Notes under the pieces: generated by a model
Database searches by the model: none
What the model was told of the DNA's origin: nothing
Seen by the model: only the letters and a program-made list of their open reading frames with translations
Made by a program: the position numbers and the translations under genes
DNA from: Chloroflexota bacterium
GTDB taxonomy: Bacteria > Chloroflexota > UBA4733
DNA length: 27,943 bases
NCBI GenBank assembly: GCA_025980355.1
Contig: JAICXR010000001.1
Span: forward strand, 1 to 27,943
Reading direction: 5' to 3'
Shown here: piece after piece, positions 25,617 to 27,943 of the stretch
How positions within the stretch are numbered: position 1 is the first letter of the stretch
How the letters are laid out: every line of letters starts with the position of its first letter

Positions 25617-27485
25617 CTACGTGCCAACGGACACGGTCGCAATCGGGGCGAGGCCGCTGCCAACGCCGGGAACCACCAGGCGGGGGCCCCCGCTGGACGG
25701 GTAGACGGCGACCGCCAGCGTATACCGACCGGCCAGCAACGTGGCCGGCAGGTGCAGGGTATGGGGATCGGGGATCGTCTCCCCCGGCAGCCAGCCGGTG
25801 GTGGGCGCCCGGCCGTCCTGGGGCACGGCGTCCAGTTGGGCGGCCAACCGACCTGCTGGGTTGAGCAATTGCACGCTCACCGTCTCCCCGCTCGGCGTCG
25901 GCGCGTTGGCAGTCCAGAAGAGGACGACCTGCCAGTCTTGCCCCGACACCGGATCGGTCGGCGTCAGTTCCGCGCCGGTCAAGCGCATGACACCGCCGAA
26001 CGTCAGGTGCAGCGCGACGTTGGGACGCCAGGGGGCGAACTCGATGACGTGGAAGCCGTTGGCCACCTGTCCCAGCGCCTGCAAGTGGCGATTGCACCAG
26101 GCCAGCACCGCGTGCCGGCTATCCCAGGCGCCGATGTCGTCCGGGATCAACCAGACCTCCCGCTTGCCGGCGGTGAGCCGGCTCAGGTCGGCGTTCAACG
26201 CCGTCGGGCTTTGGTCCTGCTGCGCCGGCTCGATGGCCATCGGCGCCGCCACGTCGCTACGTTGGGCGTAGTAGCGGACCACCGGGTCCAGGTGATTGAT
26301 GATGACGATATCCGAGGCGGTGGCGTGGCCGGCGAGGTAGTCCCCGAGCGCGGTGTAGGCGTGGCCGCGTCCGTCGGTCGGGTAAAAATACAACGACCAG
26401 AGTGCCGGGAGCAACGGTAGGGCGACCGCGGCGACCGCCACGGCGCCGGCCAGTGTCGCCAGGCGCGACCGCAGTCGCCACCACACCGCCGGCAGCGCCA
26501 GGAGGAGATAGAATGGCGGTGAGGCTTCGATCAGGTAGCGCACATCGAAGATCGGCCGCGTCCGCGAGCCGTACCAGATCGCGCCGATCGGTAGCACTAG
26601 CCAGAGCAAGAGCAGCAACAGGCCGAACCGGCCTGGGCGCAGCCGAGCGAGCGCCACGCAGCCCAGGATCAATGCCGCGGCATAGACCGGCAGCAGCGGG
26701 GTGGCGAACTGCTGCGGCAGATCCCAGCCGAGAGCGAAGGTGCGCACCGCCGCCCGCGCCGCGTCGCCCAGGCTTGGCGAGCCGGCGTTGCCGTGGTATG
26801 TCGTGAGCGTTTGCCAGGCGTAGACGACCCACGGTACGTACAGCAGTGCCACGAGGGCCTGCGCAGCGACCCAGAGGCGCAGCCCCCGTCCTTTCTGCGC
26901 CGCAAGCACCACGACCGCGAACAGATTCACCAGCACGAGCACATAGATGCTGTAGTAGTGGGTGTAGAGCGCGAGGAGCATGGTCAGCACATAGCCCAGC
27001 GCCGCCTGGCGGCTGGGCCGGCGATCGAACAGCAGCCGCCAGGCCCAGTAGACGGCGGCCGTGACGGAGGCGGTCGCCAGCGTGTACATGCGCGCGTCCT
27101 GGGCGTTCCAGACGTGGTAGGGGGCGAGCGCCAGCAGCAGCGCGGCGACGGCGCCGACGAGCGGCCCGGCCAGCCGGCGCGCCAGAACGTAGAGTAGGGC
27201 CACGCCCAAGGCGTCGCCAGCGGTGGAGAGCCAGCGCAGCGCGTAGGCGCCGTTGCCGGCGATGGGTATCCACGTATGCAGCAGCAGGTAGAACAGCGGC
27301 GGATGCGGCTCGCCCTGTGCCAGCGTGCCGATCACCTGACCGAGCGGCGCCGTCACGTAGTTAATGCCGAACACTTCGTCGCCCCGGAAGTCGTAAAAGC
27401 TGAGGTGCCAGCAGCGCAGCAGCCAGGCGGTGAATAGCACCGTCAGCGGCGGGGCGAGCCGGCACATCTGGTCACCGCGTTTCAT
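25617..27485 (-). CDS. GT39/PMT-like (GT-C) membrane glycosyltransferase with one C-terminal extracytoplasmic domain
   Basis: DFRGDEVFG, EPHPPLFYLLLH, WNAQDARMYTL, LYTHYY and RYLI motifs; C-terminal QLLNPAGRLAAQLDAVP...WLPGETIPD...AGRYTL. ATGA overlap with the upstream stop. Confidence 0.87.
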   Translation of the reverse strand: MKRGDQMCRLAPPLTVLFTAWLLRCWHLSFYDFRGDEVFGINYVTAPLGQVIGTLAQGEPHPPLFYLLLHTWIPIAGNGAYALRWLSTAGDALGVALLYVLARRLAGPLVGAVAALLLALAPYHVWNAQDARMYTLATASVTAAVYWAWRLLFDRRPSRQAALGYVLTMLLALYTHYYSIYVLVLVNLFAVVVLAAQKGRGLRLWVAAQALVALLYVPWVVYAWQTLTTYHGNAGSPSLGDAARAAVRTFALGWDLPQQFATPLLPVYAAALILGCVALARLRPGRFGLLLLLLWLVLPIGAIWYGSRTRPIFDVRYLIEASPPFYLLLALPAVWWRLRSRLATLAGAVAVAAVALPLLPALWSLYFYPTDGRGHAYTALGDYLAGHATASDIVIINHLDPVVRYYAQRSDVAAPMAIEPAQQDQSPTALNADLSRLTAGKREVWLIPDDIGAWDSRHAVLAWCNRHLQALGQVANGFHVIEFAPWRPNVALHLTFGGVMRLTGAELTPTDPVSGQDWQVVLFWTANAPTPSGETVSVQLLNPAGRLAAQLDAVPQDGRAPTTGWLPGETIPDPHTLHLPATLLAGRYTLAVAVYPSSGGPRLVVPGVGSGLAPIATVSVGT

Positions 27486-27943
27486 CGCGATGACTGGCGG
27501 CCGCGATGGACGTTGGACCCGACGTGCTGGGCGAACGTGGCAAGCGCCAGGACCATGCCCAGCGCGGCGAGCGCCATCCCCAGGCGCAAACTGGGCTGCT
27601 GGTAGCGCAGGGCGATCGTGTGATCGCCCGCCGGCAAGGCGACCGCCATCAGCGCCGCGTCGGCGTGATACAGCGACGTCGGGCGTCCATCGATGGTCGC
27701 CTTCCAGCCCCGGACGTAGGGCTGGCTGATCACCAGCAGCGCGTTGTCCGTGGTGGACGCCGAGAGCAGCAGGTCGCCGGGGGCGGTGCGGAGCCAGGTC
27801 TCGTGCTGGCTGCGGGGTGGGCTGGGACCGGCGATGGCGAGGTCCGGCGTCCCTTCCACAACGGCGGCCGTCCCCGGCTGCGGAAGGCCCAGCGTCATTT
27901 GCTGCGCCTGGGCGGCGGACGTGGCGAGTCGGAGGTCGCGTAC
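27482..27943 (-). CDS. YfhO-like membrane protein, C-terminal part (partial, begins beyond window end)
   Basis: LLVISQPYVRGWKATIDG...MAVALPAGDHTIALRY plus a final TM; frame open to position 27943. Confidence 0.85.
   Translation of the reverse strand, partial: VRDLRLATSAAQAQQMTLGLPQPGTAAVVEGTPDLAIAGPSPPRSQHETWLRTAPGDLLLSASTTDNALLVISQPYVRGWKATIDGRPTSLYHADAALMAVALPAGDHTIALRYQQPSLRLGMALAALGMVLALATFAQHVGSNVHRGRQSSR

Noticed and set aside
1-27943. CRISPR arrays, tRNA/rRNA, IS elements, integrases, defence genes
   Set aside because: No regularly spaced repeats, tRNA arms, terminal inverted repeats with transposase, or recognisable defence motifs seen by eye.

Overview
A high-GC bacterial chromosomal window with no mobile element, CRISPR array, rRNA or tRNA that I can recognise. 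Chloroflexota is my best guess for the host, inferred from recurring C-terminal domains on the membrane glycosyltransferases; it is not verified. The housekeeping and metabolic genes are: a partial SDR oxidoreductase, a CxPxR arylsulfatase, a D-2-hydroxyacid dehydrogenase, tilS-hpt-ridA, a primary-like sigma-70 factor, a DtxR/MntR regulator, a trkA pair and alaS-ruvX-mltG-prepilin peptidase. The notable part is a cell-surface module with five GT-C-type membrane glycosyltransferase-like genes (two GT39/PMT-like, two YfhO-like, one hybrid). Three of them carry a repeated ~110-aa extracytoplasmic domain, seven copies in total. They sit around a lone Flp pilin, its probable A24 peptidase and a secreted alkaline-phosphatase-superfamily enzyme. 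Two divergent GT-C genes have no ATG/GTG/TTG where their first transmembrane helix begins, pointing to CTG/ATC initiation or, for one, a C5 homopolymer slip. I moved several starts and added the edge-truncated SDR relative to the ORF track. All functional assignments come from motifs read by eye; no searches were run.
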